Shown piece after piece: positions 28,098 through 37,096 of a stretch of DNA of 64,000 bases (positions are counted from its first letter, which is position 1; every line of letters begins with the position of its first letter). The notes below the pieces were generated by a model. It did no database searches. It was not told the origin of the DNA and saw only the letters and a program-made list of their open reading frames with translations. Source of the DNA: Acidobacteriota bacterium (GTDB taxonomy: Bacteria; Acidobacteriota; Thermoanaerobaculia; Gp7-AA8); NCBI GenBank assembly GCA_019244185.1, contig JAFATB010000006.1, positions 224,001 through 288,000 of the forward strand. Direction: 5' to 3'. Made by a program: the position numbers and the translations under genes.

Positions 28098-29215
28098 CTC
28101 ACCGCGTTCCGCCGGCTCGTGCGCAACCACTGCGCGAGCCGGCGGAGCGCGAGCGCGAGTCCCGTCCAGACGAGCACCACCGCGCCGGCCGTTGCGATCG
28201 CCGCGATCGCGCGGCCGGCCATCCCGCCCGCCTCGCCTGTATGGCTGAAGCGGATCCACGTGCGCATACGGCGTCCCGCGTTCTGCGACGCGAACGGCTG
28301 CCACTTCACGACGCGTCCCGTGCGGCGGTCGAGCGTGAGCTGCGCGCGCAGGTCGGGACGTCCGCCGTCGCCGCGATCGATCGTGTAGACGATGGTGTCC
28401 GCGTTCGGCGCGGGCACGCGCGCGCTGATGCGCTTCCAGTCGCGCACCTGCTGCTCCGCGGCCGGCAGCAGACGCGCGACGTCGTGCAGCACGCCGTCAG
28501 TCTTCGCTGCGCGCGCTTCCAGCGGACGCGGCTCGCGCGGGGGCACGGGACTACCGGTCATGCGATAGACGAGCGCGTTCGCCCATGGATACGACATCAC
28601 GACGCCCGTCGCGACGATGACCAGCAGCGGCACGAACGACCAGATGCCGATCGCGTTGTGCCAGTTGAAATCGCGTGCGCGCGCCGAGAGACCGCGGCGG
28701 AACCAGACGATCGCACGCACGCCCGGCCACGACCAGCGTCGCGGCCACCAGAGAAACGGTCCGGTGCAGACGAGCACGAGGAACGCGAGATTGCACGCGC
28801 CGGTAACGACGCGGCCGCGGTCGCGCGACGCGTCCGACGCGCCCAGCCACCGGTGCAAGCTCTCGACGACGCGGAAGAAGCGCCGCACGCCGCGCGAGCC
28901 TTCGCGCGTCGCACCGCTGGAACGATCGACGAAGACGACGCGTTCGCGGCCCACGCCGATTTCGAGCGGCAGCGACGGATCGCGCGCGATCGTCAGCATC
29001 GTTGGTGTGCCATGCAATGCGCGCTCGCTGTTCGCAAGCAACGCGTCAATCGGCAACGGCGGCGTCGCATGTGCGGCCGCGCGTGGCGTCCGATCGAACG
29101 CCGCCACGACCTCGCGCTCGAACGCCAGCAACACGCCGGTCACCGACATGATGAGAATCACGATGCCGCACACCACGCCCGCGGCGAGGTGCAGCCAGAA
29201 GAGCGCCCGCCGCAC
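28094..29215 (-). CDS. PepSY-associated TM helix protein (PiuB-like iron-regulated membrane protein)
   Basis: FWLHLAAG...SVTGVLL, LHRWL, LWWPRRW, FNWHNAIGIW and HTGE motifs; its start abuts the piuC stop. Confidence 0.88.
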   Translation of the reverse strand: MRRALFWLHLAAGVVCGIVILIMSVTGVLLAFEREVVAAFDRTPRAAAHATPPLPIDALLANSERALHGTPTMLTIARDPSLPLEIGVGRERVVFVDRSSGATREGSRGVRRFFRVVESLHRWLGASDASRDRGRVVTGACNLAFLVLVCTGPFLWWPRRWSWPGVRAIVWFRRGLSARARDFNWHNAIGIWSFVPLLVIVATGVVMSYPWANALVYRMTGSPVPPREPRPLEARAAKTDGVLHDVARLLPAAEQQVRDWKRISARVPAPNADTIVYTIDRGDGGRPDLRAQLTLDRRTGRVVKWQPFASQNAGRRMRTWIRFSHTGEAGGMAGRAIAAIATAGAVVLVWTGLALALRRLAQWLRTSRRNAVS

Positions 29216-29896
29216 TTACGCGTCCGCCCAGCGGCGCAGGAGATTGTGGTAGACGCCCGTCAGTTGCACCGCCAGCGGCTTGTCCGGCAGCTCGCGGTTC
29301 ACGCCCTGAATTGCGAGATCGAGATCGAACAGCAACGTGCGCTCGCCGTCGTCGCGGACCATGCTCTGGATCCAGAAGAACGACGCCAGTCGCGCGCCGC
29401 GCGTCACCGGCTTCACGTGATGCAGGCTCGACGCGGGATACAGAATCAGATGTCCCGCCGGCAGCTTGACCTCGTGCAGTCCGTACGTGTCCTCGACCAC
29501 CAGCTCGCCGCCGTCGTACTCCTCGGGTGCCGCGAGAAACAGCGTCGCCGACAGATCCGTCCGCACGCGATGCGGCGTGCCCGGCACCTGCCGGATCGCG
29601 TTGTCGACATGCGTGCCGAACGACTGCCCACCCTCGTAGCGATTGAACAGCGGCGGGAAGACTTTCAGCGGCAATGCAGCCGAGACGAACAGCGCGCTGC
29701 GCTCGAGCGCGGACACGATCATCGCGCCGAGCTGCCGCGCCGCCGGATCGTCCTCGGCGAGCTGCTGGTTGTCTTTCGCGCGCGCCGACTGATGTCCCGC
29801 GGTCACGCGGCCGTCGACCCAGCGAGCGCCGGCGAGCAGCCGCCGCGCGGTCGTCAGTTCATCCTGCGAGAGCACGTCCGCGATGGCGAGAAGCAC
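29216..29896 (-). CDS. piuC: PKHD-type Fe(II)/2-oxoglutarate dioxygenase (PiuC/YbiX)
   Basis: [57 protein letters not shown] and YHNLLRRWA motifs. Confidence 0.95.
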   Translation of the reverse strand: MLLAIADVLSQDELTTARRLLAGARWVDGRVTAGHQSARAKDNQQLAEDDPAARQLGAMIVSALERSALFVSAALPLKVFPPLFNRYEGGQSFGTHVDNAIRQVPGTPHRVRTDLSATLFLAAPEEYDGGELVVEDTYGLHEVKLPAGHLILYPASSLHHVKPVTRGARLASFFWIQSMVRDDGERTLLFDLDLAIQGVNRELPDKPLAVQLTGVYHNLLRRWADA

Positions 29897-29899
29897 GGG

Positions 29900-32359
29900 T
29901 CAGTTCCTGTTCGCGCCGCCTAGTTGGATATCAAAGGAAAGCGACGCGGAGCGCCCCGGCCCCGGCACGATGTGGCCGGGATGCAGCTGATCGAAGTAGT
30001 ACGCGTCGGTGAGGTTGTAGAGGTTGAGCCGCAGCCGGACGCGATCGCCGAGGGGATGGCTGATCATCGCGTTGAAGACCCAGTACGCGGGCGCTTCCTT
30101 GAGCTGATGCGTGATCGGATCGAGCGGCGCGGTCGTGCTCGCGGTGCGGCTGCCGACGTACTGTCCGCCCGCGCCGATCTCGAACCGCGACGCGACGCGC
30201 AGCGTGCTCCAGAAGTTGAACGTGTCGTCCGGCACGTTCGCGAGTCGCGCGCCGACCGCCGCGGGGAAGCCGACCGATTTCACCAGCTCGCTGTTCATGT
30301 GCGAGTAGCCGGCGAGCAGCTGCCAGCGCTCGGTGACGTGCCCGCTCGCCTCGACTTCGATGCCGTCGACGCGCTGGCGTCCCGAGAGGATCTGCTGCAG
30401 CGGATTCGCGGGATCGGTCTCGCGCGCGTTGCGCTTCTCCGTGCGGAACAATGCGCCGCGCAGCGAGAGTCGCCCGTTGCGTAGATCCCACTTCGTCCCG
30501 AGCTCGGTGTTGCGGTTCTCTTCCGGCGCGGTGTCGGCCGTGCTCGCGCTCAATGACAGCGCTTCCGCCGACGGATTGAACGAGGTCGAGTAGTTCGCGT
30601 AGATGCTGCCCGTCGCTGCCGGTTTGTAGACGACGCCGCCGCGCCAGCTCGGCATCGCGTCGACGCGGTGAAACGTCGTCGGCGCGCCGGCGAGATTGTC
30701 GACGTCCGCATCGAAGCGATCCCAGCGCGCGCCCGCGGTGAGATCCCAATGCGGCCCCGCGTGCAGCGTGTCGAGCACATACGCGCCGACGGTCGTCGCC
30801 GTCGTGCGGATCTTCGTCGAGACCGCGGCGGTGCCGGCGAACGGCTGGTTCGGATCGGGATCGAGCAGACTCGTGACCGGCACGCCGCTGAACGCAAGCC
30901 GCGTGGGATCGGACGTCTCGCGTCCCGCCTCGACACCCGCGACGACGCTGTGCAGCACGCGGCCGGTGTTGAAGTTCGCGGTGAGGTCGCTCTGCAGCTG
31001 GCCGAACGTCTCGTCGCTTTCGACCGCGATCTGGTTGCGCGTCACCGTCACGCGATCGAGCGGCGTCGAAGGCGTCACGCTCGTCGCCAGCTTCGCCTCG
31101 GTGATCTGCACGTCGCGGCCATACGACGCGTAGCGCAGCTGCGTGCGCAGACTGGTCGACGCGCTGAGGTCGCGCTCGAGCTTCGCGGTGCCGATGTCGG
31201 CCGTCGTGCGGAGGAAATTCGCGTCGGGGAAACCGTAGTAGTTCGTGCGGTCGACCGGCGCGGGCGTGTCGAAGTACCACGGCACGCCGTAGTCGGGCGT
31301 GTCGTTCGCGGCCTGGTGGAGGTAGTTGATCGTGAGCCGCGATTCGCCGAGGAGCGTCGTGAGCGACGGCGCGATTCCGAAGCGGCGGTTCTCCGCCTCG
31401 GCGCGCCCGGCGACGCGAGAGTCGTGCGCCATGAGGTTGAGGCGGAACGCGGTGGCGTCGCCGAACGGCTCGTTGAGATCGGCGGTGATGCGGCGCGTGG
31501 CGTCGGTGCCGACGGTGACGTCGGTGTCGAGGAACAAGTCGAAGCGCGCGCTCTTCGTGGCCTGATTCACGACGCCGCCGGTCGAGCCGCGGCCGAACGT
31601 CACGGACGACGGTCCCTTGAGCACTTCGAGCTCTTCGAGTGCGAATGGATCGCGGTAGTAGCTGCCGAAGTCGCGCATGCCGTCCACGAAGAGATCGTTG
31701 CGCGCGGAGAAGCCGCGGATGGTGAGGTTGTCGCCCTGCGCGCCACCTTCGCCCGCGGCGATGCTGATGCCGGCGACGTTGCGCAGCGCGTCGCGCAGCG
31801 TGGTCGTCCCCTGCTGCTCCGTGACTTCGTGCGGCACGACGCTGATCGACTGCGGGATCTCGCGCAGCGGCGCGTTGTAGCGCGGGAGCGTGGTCGCGAG
31901 CGTCGACGGCGCGTGGGCGGTGACGTCGATCTCTTCGTCGCCGCCGATGAAGATCGTGGCGGCGGTGGGCGACGCGAAGCGGTACGCGAGCGCGGTGCCC
32001 GCGAGGAGCTCGCGCAACGCCTGTTCGTTCGTGAAGAAGCCCGACGCGCCCGGCGACTGAAAGTTCGCGAGCGTTCCGTCCGGCAGCTGCGACACGGTCA
32101 CGCGCACGCCGGTGACGTTGCGAAACGACTCGAGCGCCGCCGGCAGCGGACCGGCCGGAATGTGGAACCGCCGCACCGTCAGCTGCGACTCCGTCTGCGC
32201 CGACCCGCCGCGCGCCGGCGTCTTCGGCGTCACCGCCGCTGACTCCGCGCCGAACGCGCTGTAGGCCGCGAGCGTGCCGACCGCGGTCCAGTACGCCGCG
32301 CGCCGCGACGCGCGTTTGCGAAGACGAGCCGCCGCGCGGCGAAACGAACGGAGTCTCAC
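29900..32359 (-). CDS. TonB-dependent siderophore receptor (PiuA/Fiu-like) with N-terminal STN domain
   Basis: GGAG RBS before GTG; STN-like domain (FHIPAGPL...ALRELLAGT); plug motifs IPQSISVV, LRNVAGI, IRGF and EVLKGPSSVTFGRGSTGGVVN; barrel end NLTDAYYF...PGPGRS. First gene of a piuA-piuC-piuB-type operon. Confidence 0.93.
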   Translation of the reverse strand: MRLRSFRRAAARLRKRASRRAAYWTAVGTLAAYSAFGAESAAVTPKTPARGGSAQTESQLTVRRFHIPAGPLPAALESFRNVTGVRVTVSQLPDGTLANFQSPGASGFFTNEQALRELLAGTALAYRFASPTAATIFIGGDEEIDVTAHAPSTLATTLPRYNAPLREIPQSISVVPHEVTEQQGTTTLRDALRNVAGISIAAGEGGAQGDNLTIRGFSARNDLFVDGMRDFGSYYRDPFALEELEVLKGPSSVTFGRGSTGGVVNQATKSARFDLFLDTDVTVGTDATRRITADLNEPFGDATAFRLNLMAHDSRVAGRAEAENRRFGIAPSLTTLLGESRLTINYLHQAANDTPDYGVPWYFDTPAPVDRTNYYGFPDANFLRTTADIGTAKLERDLSASTSLRTQLRYASYGRDVQITEAKLATSVTPSTPLDRVTVTRNQIAVESDETFGQLQSDLTANFNTGRVLHSVVAGVEAGRETSDPTRLAFSGVPVTSLLDPDPNQPFAGTAAVSTKIRTTATTVGAYVLDTLHAGPHWDLTAGARWDRFDADVDNLAGAPTTFHRVDAMPSWRGGVVYKPAATGSIYANYSTSFNPSAEALSLSASTADTAPEENRNTELGTKWDLRNGRLSLRGALFRTEKRNARETDPANPLQQILSGRQRVDGIEVEASGHVTERWQLLAGYSHMNSELVKSVGFPAAVGARLANVPDDTFNFWSTLRVASRFEIGAGGQYVGSRTASTTAPLDPITHQLKEAPAYWVFNAMISHPLGDRVRLRLNLYNLTDAYYFDQLHPGHIVPGPGRSASLSFDIQLGGANRN

Positions 32360-32403
32360 GCGATGTCTCCGCGCGAATCCGCGCCGCTCATGCCGCTGAT
32401 GAG

Positions 32404-32420
32404 TTGAGACTGAGTCTCAA
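32404..32420. promoter_or_regulatory. Perfect 8-1-8 palindrome, probable Fur-type operator
   Basis: TTGAGACT-G-AGTCTCAA lies 45 bp upstream of the receptor start. It is AT-rich in a GC-rich context and resembles the TGAnAAT-n-ATTnTCA Fur box geometry. Confidence 0.7.
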
Positions 32421-32507
32421 TATCGAACATGGCCGCAGATTCTGCCGATGGGAGGAGAGGAAGTCAAGGGAGGGCGCGCCGGCCGCTACGGGCGGCGCGG
32501 GCAGAGA

Positions 32508-32882
32508 CTACGTCTGACGGCGCGGCTGCGATGCGGCCGCGACAACGCTGCTCGTGATCGCCCCGATGCCGATCATGACGAGCACGGGCCAAACGTTCGC
32601 CCAGAGCGGAAGCTGCAGGTCATGGGGGTTCACGACTACGCTCAGATAGACGTACGTCATCAGCGACGCCAGCATGAACGACCCGAAGGTCGCATTGAAG
32701 CGCTGTCCGAACGAGAACGCGCGCGTGGCGCGGAAGTACCCGAGGAGCGCGACGAGCATTGCCGCGTACGGGACGAAAATCATCGGCCCGCGCGTGGTGA
32801 GACGCGTCGTTTCGATGATGAGCGCACCGCCAATGAAGCCGATCACGATCGCAACCCAAGCCAAACGCGCCGTTCGTCCCAT
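32508..32882 (-). CDS. Small 4-TM membrane protein (DUF4199-like; candidate immunity protein)
   Basis: Likely start ATG 32882 after GGAGAGG, 8 bp downstream of the Cys-rich gene's stop; 124 aa with four hydrophobic segments. Confidence 0.7.
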   Translation of the reverse strand: MGRTARLAWVAIVIGFIGGALIIETTRLTTRGPMIFVPYAAMLVALLGYFRATRAFSFGQRFNATFGSFMLASLMTYVYLSVVVNPHDLQLPLWANVWPVLVMIGIGAITSSVVAAASQPRRQT

Positions 32883-32890
32883 CGCCTCTC

Positions 32891-33265
32891 CTATTGATTG
32901 GGCGTCTCGCAGTACTCCATACAGCGCTCTCGCCACCATGTGCCGCAACCATCGACGGGATAACAGGGACCGCCGGTGCAGACCGTTCCCCACCAGCACC
33001 AATCCGACTGGCGTGCACAGGTGCAATCCTGCGTCTCGAGGACAATGACCGTATTCCCTTCGGATTGCACGATGCGCGGCAGGCGCTGTGCAGCAGGCAG
33101 CACCGAGTCGAGCGCGCGTTCGTCCGCAGGACCAAGCGTCGCGAAAATCAGTGTCGCGAGCTCGCGCGGAAACAGGTTGCGGATCGATTGGTCGAGCCGC
33201 GCGAGCGGGTCGGAGACATCCTCAGCCATCGGATCGCGTTGTTCGTCGTACGCAGCGGGGACCAT
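32891..33265 (-). CDS. Fulvocin C-related bacteriocin-like protein (N-terminus possibly truncated or split)
   Basis: The C-terminal 8-Cys domain CTCARQSDWC-x5-C-x4-C-x4-GCGTWW-x3-C-x3-C resembles the fulvocin C pattern (CxCxxxSDxC...GCGT). No signal peptide in this frame. Confidence 0.75.
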   Translation of the reverse strand: MVPAAYDEQRDPMAEDVSDPLARLDQSIRNLFPRELATLIFATLGPADERALDSVLPAAQRLPRIVQSEGNTVIVLETQDCTCARQSDWCWWGTVCTGGPCYPVDGCGTWWRERCMEYCETPNQ

Positions 33266-33405
33266 CAGTGCAATTGCCTGAACTGCGAGATCACGTGACG
33301 CTCGGCCATCACGTGGTTACGCGCGGTCTGCATCACCCACGCATCAGCGCCCCGCAGGCGCGAGCAGCGCCCGCCTAGCGCGAGCGTACCAACCATCTCT
33401 TGCAT
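33265..33405 (-). CDS. Putative 46-aa ORF coupled to the fulvocin-like gene (possible frameshifted 5' remnant)
   Basis: Translates as MQEMVGTLALGGRCSRLRGADAWVMQTARNHVMAERHVISQFRQLH*. Its TGA overlaps the next ATG (TGATG), and CATAAT lies 9 nt upstream of its ATG. Confidence 0.3.
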   Translation of the reverse strand: MQEMVGTLALGGRCSRLRGADAWVMQTARNHVMAERHVISQFRQLH

Positions 33406-33414
33406 CTTTGCGGG

Positions 33415-33445
33415 ATTATGAAAGCAGCTTACGTAGGTGTGTCAA
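33415..33445 (-). promoter_or_regulatory. Candidate sigma70 promoter for the fulvocin-like locus
   Basis: Minus strand TTGACA-N19-CATAAT (spacer longer than optimal) in an AT-richer intergenic stretch. Confidence 0.35.
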
Positions 33446-33527
33446 CACTGAAAGCCATATTGACGCCTAAGCGTTCCTTTACGCTCCCCTCCATGGCCCG
33501 TTTCGTGTAATCCGCGTCTCCCGCGGG

Positions 33528-35150
33528 ATGGAGGAGCGCAGCAGCACGCACGAGAGTCGCTTTCGCAAGTGGGGCACCCTCATCGTGCTCTCGCTGGCCC
33601 TGGCGATCATCCTCATCGACTCCACCCTCCTCAACGTCGCACTGTCCACCCTCATCCTCGACCTCCACACCACGCTGCAGAAGCTGCAGTGGGTGATCTC
33701 GGCGTACTCGCTGATCATGGCGGCGCTGACGGTGACGGGCGGGCGGATGGGGGATCTCTTCGGGCGCAAGCGGATGTTCATCGCCGGCGCGATCACGTTC
33801 GTGGCCGGCGCAATCGTGGCATCGATGGCGAACTCGTTCGGCGTGTTGCTCCTTGGCGAATCGATCATCGAGGGGCTCGGCGCGGCGCTGATGATGCCGG
33901 CCACGGCGTCGCTGCTCGTCGCGAAGTACCGCGGGCACGACCGCGCGATCGCGTTCGGGATCTGGGGCGCGGTCGCCGCCGCCGCGGCCGCGATCGGACC
34001 GATCCTCGGCGGCTTTCTCACGACGCACTACAGCTGGCGCTGGGGCTTCCGCATCAACATCTTCGTGGTCGCGCTGCTGCTCCTCGGCTCACCTCTCGTC
34101 GAAGACGACCGCGAGCCCGAGCGCAAGCAGATCGACTGGCTCGGCGTCGTGCTTTCCGCGACGGGACTCTTCTTCGTCGTCTTCGGCATCATCGAGTCGG
34201 AGAGCTACGGCTGGCTCCGCGCGCGCAAGCCGTTTCCGCTCTGGCAGCCGGGCTCCGTATCGATTGCGATCCTCTCCGTCGTCATCGGCGTGATCCTCGT
34301 CGCATCGTTCGTCGCGTGGGAACGGCGCTTCGAAGCGCGCGGCGGACTGCCGATCGTCTCGATGCAGCTCTTCAGGAACCGCCAGTTCGTCGCCGGCGCA
34401 GGCGTGACGGGCGTGATGATGCTCGGACAGAACGGCGTCATCTTCTGCCTGCCGGTTTTTCTGCAATCGGTCCGGCGTCTCGACGCGCTGCACACAGGCC
34501 TCATGCTCCTGCCGCTGTCGATCATGATCCTCTTCGTCTCGCCGACCGCGGCGAGTCTCACCAAACGCATTCCGCACAAGCGGCTCGTACAGGCGGGGCT
34601 GATCTGCAACACGGTCGCGATCCTGCTCCTGCGCGCGGCGGTCGGCATCGACACGAAGCTGATGTGGCTCGTGCCGGCGCTCGCGCTGTACGGCATCGGG
34701 ATGGGACTCGTGCTCTCGCAGATCAACAACCTCACGCTCTCCGCGGTGCCGGTGCGCAACGCGGGCGAGGCATCCGGCGTGACGAATACCTTCCGCCAGA
34801 TCGGCATCGCCCTCGGCACGGCCATCATCGGCGCGGTGCTGATCTCGTCGATCGTGTCGCGGATGGAGACGGCGGTGCGGGAGAACGCGTCCATTCCGCC
34901 GCAGGCGAAGAGCGGCGTCGCGAAGATGCTCGTCGCGAACTCCGCGGAGCTCGTGTTCGGCGACCGCGGCACGTTCGACGCGCTGCCGCCGCACGTGCGC
35001 GAAGAGATGACGGCGCTGCGGCGCGCGGCGACGACCGCCGGCATCGACCGTGCGTTTCTGTGGTGCGCGTTCTTCGCGGTCGCGGCCCTCGGCGTGTCGC
35101 TGTTCCTGCCGCTGCGCCCCGCGGAATCCGCGCACGGACGGGAGCCGTAA
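33528..35150 (+). CDS. MFS drug:H+ antiporter, DHA2 (EmrB/QacA-like)
   Basis: IDSTLLNVAL, WVISAYSL, GRMGDLFGRKRMF, GPILGGFLT..YSWRWGFRIN; about 14 TM segments. Confidence 0.93.
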   Translation: MEERSSTHESRFRKWGTLIVLSLALAIILIDSTLLNVALSTLILDLHTTLQKLQWVISAYSLIMAALTVTGGRMGDLFGRKRMFIAGAITFVAGAIVASMANSFGVLLLGESIIEGLGAALMMPATASLLVAKYRGHDRAIAFGIWGAVAAAAAAIGPILGGFLTTHYSWRWGFRINIFVVALLLLGSPLVEDDREPERKQIDWLGVVLSATGLFFVVFGIIESESYGWLRARKPFPLWQPGSVSIAILSVVIGVILVASFVAWERRFEARGGLPIVSMQLFRNRQFVAGAGVTGVMMLGQNGVIFCLPVFLQSVRRLDALHTGLMLLPLSIMILFVSPTAASLTKRIPHKRLVQAGLICNTVAILLLRAAVGIDTKLMWLVPALALYGIGMGLVLSQINNLTLSAVPVRNAGEASGVTNTFRQIGIALGTAIIGAVLISSIVSRMETAVRENASIPPQAKSGVAKMLVANSAELVFGDRGTFDALPPHVREEMTALRRAATTAGIDRAFLWCAFFAVAALGVSLFLPLRPAESAHGREP

Positions 35151-35177
35151 CGCCCGTCCGCACGCGGTTCGAAGCGA

Positions 35178-35498
35178 TCAACGCGGACGTTCTTCTTCGC
35201 GCGCGTCTTCGTGCTTCGGCTCGTGCTTCTTGAGCGCCTGCTTCGCGAGCGCGGCGTCGGGAACGACTGAGCCGATCGCGGTCTGCACCTTGTACTTGAG
35301 CGGCACGACCACCTTCGCGTCGCCGTTCATCAGCGCCGCGTAGCCGGCCTGCGCGACGTCGGCGGGATCGGCGAGCTTCTCGTCGAGCATCTTGCTGTCC
35401 TGCGCGTGCGCGCGGTCGAAGAAGTTCGTGTCGGTCGGACCGGGCAGCAGCGCCGTGACGGTGACGCCCGTGTCTTCGAGCTCGGCGCGCATCGCGAG
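35178..35498 (-). pseudogene. 3' fragment of a short-chain dehydrogenase/reductase (SDR)
   Basis: LAMRAELEDTGVTVTALLPGPTDTNFF...DPADVAQAGYAAL is the C-terminal third of an SDR. The TGxxxGIG and YxxxK regions are absent. Confidence 0.8.
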
Positions 35499-36248
35499 CT
35501 CCTCGGCCAGGGCTGGAACGACGTGCCGAAGTCAGGCGGCGGTCTGTACCGCGCCGACGATCACTACGACCGGCGCGACATCCACGAGGATCGCGACTCG
35601 GTCAACGTGCACGCGGATCTCATCATCGAAGAGATTCTCCACACGGTGAAGGATGCCGGCTGGCTGAAAAACGACGCCACGCCGCCGCTGGCGTGGGCGC
35701 GAACGGCGTTCAAGAAGTCGCGCGTCGCGAACCTGCTCGAGTTCGGACGCACGGTGCACGCGGAGATGGAGGCGATCCTCGCCGCCGCGCGCACCGGCGT
35801 CAGCGTGCGCGGCGCGACGCTGTACACGACGACGTTTCCGTGTCACGGCTGCGCGCGACACATCGTCACGGCCGGCATCGCGCGCGTGGTCTACATCGAG
35901 CCATATCCGAAGAGCCGCGCCGTGGAACTGCACCGCGACGCGATCGTGACGCACGACGACGTCACGACGCCCGAATGCGGCAAGCGCGGATGCACGGACG
36001 TGCATGCGGTGCGCTTCGAGCCGTTCACCGGCATCGCGCCGCATCGTTTCGTCGACCTGTTTTCGCTCACGACGAACGCCGGCATTCCGCGCGACCGCAA
36101 GACGCGCCACTCCGGCGAGCGCATCCCGTGGGACGTACAGAACGCGATGCCGAGCGTGCAGATGCTGCCGCTCAGCTACCTCGAGCTCGAAGCCAAAGCA
36201 CTCTACGAATTGAAGAAAGTCATCGAGGACGAGGAAGACCAGCCATAA
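35496..36248 (+). pseudogene. 3' fragment of an anti-phage-type dCTP deaminase (AvcD/Dcd-like)
   Basis: GWNDVPKSGGGLY, EFGRTVHAEMEA, TTTFPCHGCARHI, YIEPYPKS and FEPFTGIAP motifs. The N-terminal P-loop kinase domain and a credible start are missing. Confidence 0.82.
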
Positions 36249-36255
36249 TGACCGC

Positions 36256-36417
36256 ATGGCTGATGACACGCAGCAGACGCCGGATCACCGCACAACGATT
36301 TGGGCAGTTCTGGACGAAGTGCAACAGACCGTCGAAGGGTGGCCGGCGTGGCGGCAGCGGTATCGCGTCGACTTGTATCGCGAGGTGCTCGGTGACGACG
36401 CGCCTCACGGCTCGTAG
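36256..36417 (+). CDS. Small hypothetical protein (53 aa) downstream of the deaminase
   Basis: Hand translation MADDTQQTPDHRTTIWAVLDEVQQTVEGWPAWRQRYRVDLYREVLGDDAPHGS*. It starts 7 bp after the deaminase stop and is below the ORF-track size cut-off. Confidence 0.55.
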   Translation: MADDTQQTPDHRTTIWAVLDEVQQTVEGWPAWRQRYRVDLYREVLGDDAPHGS

Positions 36418-37064
36418 CGCCGCGTCGGAATCCCTTCGCTGCGGCTGATGCTCATCGCCGCCATCTTCTGAATCATGTGCCGCGCGTGCTGGTCGCCTTG
36501 TGCGAAGGCATCGCGCAGCGTCTGCACGCTGGCGGGCGTTTCGCCGACGGAGATCGTGAAGCCGTTGAGTGGCTGGCGCGGATCCTTGGTCTCGATCGTC
36601 TGCCACTGGCCGCCGATGAATTCATGGCGCACGAGCGCGTCGGCCTTGCCGGTCTGAAACGACTGCGCGGCGACGGCGGGGAGTCCCCGCGCGTTGGCTT
36701 TCCGTTCGTCGAGGGCGCGCAGCACGTGGCGCTCGATGAGCTCGCGGATGACCTCGCGCGACTCGCCGTGAAAACGGACGACGTGCAGTCCGGACTGATG
36801 AATGGTTTTATCGAACTGCGACTTGGCGGGGGTATGGACCTCCGTCCAGCGCACGGTGCATTCGAGCTCGACGCCCTGGCCGTGCCATTCGAAGGAGACC
36901 GCGCAGCTGCCGCCCTTGCGCGGCAGCTCGGCCTGATGCAGGACGTGCAGGCCGTTCAGCGACACGTTCGACAGCACGATGCGCGTGTCGCCCGCGCGGC
37001 CGCGGATCGGATCGATGATCGTGACGCGCTGGTACTTCCGGCGCTCGCGGTGGTGATGCCCCAT
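36405..37064 (-). CDS. PilZ domain protein (c-di-GMP receptor-like)
   Basis: Likely start ATG 37064 (MGHHHRERRKYQRV...) with RxxxR and NVSLNG (D/NxSxxG) motifs. The 675-aa track ORF is an upstream read-through extension. Confidence 0.85.
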   Translation of the reverse strand: MGHHHRERRKYQRVTIIDPIRGRAGDTRIVLSNVSLNGLHVLHQAELPRKGGSCAVSFEWHGQGVELECTVRWTEVHTPAKSQFDKTIHQSGLHVVRFHGESREVIRELIERHVLRALDERKANARGLPAVAAQSFQTGKADALVRHEFIGGQWQTIETKDPRQPLNGFTISVGETPASVQTLRDAFAQGDQHARHMIQKMAAMSISRSEGIPTRRYEP

Positions 37065-37096
37065 GACCCGCGACGAATCGTAACGCCAAACGCGGC

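Noticed and set aside
32891-33030. Cys-rich peptide as a radical-SAM or lanthipeptide RiPP precursor
   Set aside because: No modifying enzyme or peptidase-ABC transporter nearby; the eight Cys fit a disulfide-bonded fulvocin-type fold better.
35406-35495. Apparent N-terminus of the 280-aa deaminase ORF
   Set aside because: It is the antisense strand of the SDR fragment. Deaminase-like sequence begins only at about 35496.
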